From positions 294,190,001 to 294,254,000 of the forward strand of contig OZ024740.1 of the NCBI GenBank assembly GCA_964016885.1: a stretch of DNA of 64,000 bases. The letters are read 5' to 3'. The notes beneath the pieces were generated by a model. The model was given only the letters and a program-made list of their open reading frames with translations, was not told the origin of the DNA and ran no database searches. Shown one piece after another: positions 62,455-64,000 of the stretch (positions within the stretch are counted from its first letter, which is position 1; each line of letters opens with the position of its first letter). Source of the DNA: Eledone cirrhosa (lineage: Eukaryota). The position numbers and the translations under genes were made by a program.

Positions 62455-64000
62455 TTTCTTTATTTGCTACAAGGGCGCACAAGAAAGGGGGACAATACAA
62501 GGACATATGCCAGGGATTTTACATACAATCGTGTAAAAAAAATGTTTAACAAACAAATTCAACAATCAAAATCCCCAATAGGGGGAGGCATTACAAATGG
62601 GTTGTTTAATAGCCCGTAGATAGAACAACCCTCAACTCCAGGAGCATGTTGTGCAAGTTCTCCTTTCTTCCTTTTGCTCTCTTCTTCAACCTACAGGTTT
62701 ATATACAGAGAAGGCCCAATCACTCGGGCTATTTTTGCTACATTCACCCACCTTTCAGTAAATTTACTGGAGTGCAGTGCCTCTCTCTCCACTCTGATTC
62801 TCCTTCTAAAGTGGTACCTAAAGAAGAGAATGAGTTGTTGTCCGGAGAGAAAGGCATCTGTCCTCAGTCCTCTCAATCTCGTCCACCATATAACCTCTTT
62901 CACCATAGTCACTATACAGAGGAAAACCGCCTCTCTTTCGTTTTTGAAAAAAGTTGGCGGTTTGATCCTTACTATGGACTCGGCAGTCAACTGGATTTAT
63001 CCCATACATGACAGCAGTTGTTCTGCGTAGTGCAATAGGTCAGTTTCGCCTGGGCAGTGTACAATTGTGTACAGGACGGTTTCAATGTCCTGCTTGCATC
63101 TTGGACACGTCCTCTTGGAAGGATCCCTGCCAGGGCGCCCGTGCCTGTAGATCTTGTCTCGTACTGGTAGAGCTCATCGGTAACACTGCCAGGCCAGGGA
63201 CCTTTGGAAGTTGTCCATAGGTCCCGGGTGGAAAGTCCTACCGAACAGAGTGGTGAGCTCGTCGTCTTCGACGCCCAGAATCTCTCCGAGCGTGTTTGCG
63301 CATCATCAGCCATGGCATTCCCAGCCCTCCGTTGGAAGGGTGCTGGCAGCAGACAGATCTCCTCACCAGTGGAGCCTGCTTCTTCCAAACGAATTGGAAG
63401 AGCATGCGTTCCATCTTGCTGAGGTATTCATGGGAACAAGGCACGACGGTCAAACGGTAGTAGATGACAGACGCTATGAAAGTGTTCGCCACCTCCGCTG
63501 GACCTTTCAAGGATAGTTTGCACTCAGCCCACTTCTGGGTGAGCATAAATACCTTGGCCGTGACCTCGCTCCAGTTTTTCTGCACCTGGAGGTCCGGACC
63601 GAACTAGACCCCGAGCAATTTCATCTGTCCTTCCGTCCAGCATCCAACGATGCTGTTGGACAGCATCGGTTTGCCTCTCTACGTTCCGAGTTGCAAATGG
63701 ACAGATTTGTCCAGGTTGAGTTTTGCTCCTGTGAGCCTTTCGTATTGCCACAGTAAGTTGCCGATCGCCCCGATTTCCGATGTTTTAGACACCATTACTG
63801 TCACGTCATCAGCATAAGCTGACGCTGCTTTCCACAGTCCCGGTTCCAATGGGATGCCCTGCAAAAGCTCCAACTTCCGCAGTAGTGGCTCTAGAGTCAA
63901 TACATACAGAATGGAGGAAAGAGGGCATCCCTGTCGGATGGAATGCGTGATTGAAAACGGCTCCGATAGGTAGCTGTTCGACTTGACTGTCCAGCAGATG
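62455..64000 (-). mobile_element. Tx1/L1-clade LINE 3' part (third, divergent copy), tail abutting (TATC)n; continues past the window end
   Basis: IRQGCPLS..LEPLLRKLE..AYADDV..GGLGMPWLMMR; internal deletion near 63290. Confidence 0.9.

Overview
Eukaryotic, AT-rich and almost entirely repetitive DNA. The SINE and MITE families resemble those of an octopod cephalopod, which is my inference from recognised sequence and is not verified. I could not establish any host protein-coding gene. The window holds two large satellites: a ~60-61 bp unit at 1-10010 and a 38 bp unit at ~38220-42450. It also carries many copies of a tRNA-derived SINE and decayed non-LTR retrotransposons of several clades (Penelope-like, CR1, RTE, CRE-like, R4/Dong, and three Tx1/L1 copies, one full length). 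Further elements are an LTR-element RNase H remnant, a full-length DD37D Tc1/mariner element with other mariner remnants and MITEs, TTAA-flanked piggyBac-type MITEs, non-autonomous Helitrons, a Helitron Rep/Hel fragment, microsatellites and a 200-N gap. Four observations stand out. (1) Several unrelated short elements carry type I hammerhead-ribozyme folds, some as back-to-back pairs inside 200-500 bp palindromes. (2) The 10 kb satellite appears to be a tandem amplification of the left end of a piggyBac-type MITE, whose complete copy closes the array. (3) The RTE LINE has a C4HC3 (PHD-like) finger inserted in the C-terminal part of its RT. (4) SINE target-site duplications consistently begin with ATT, including two sequential insertions at one site.
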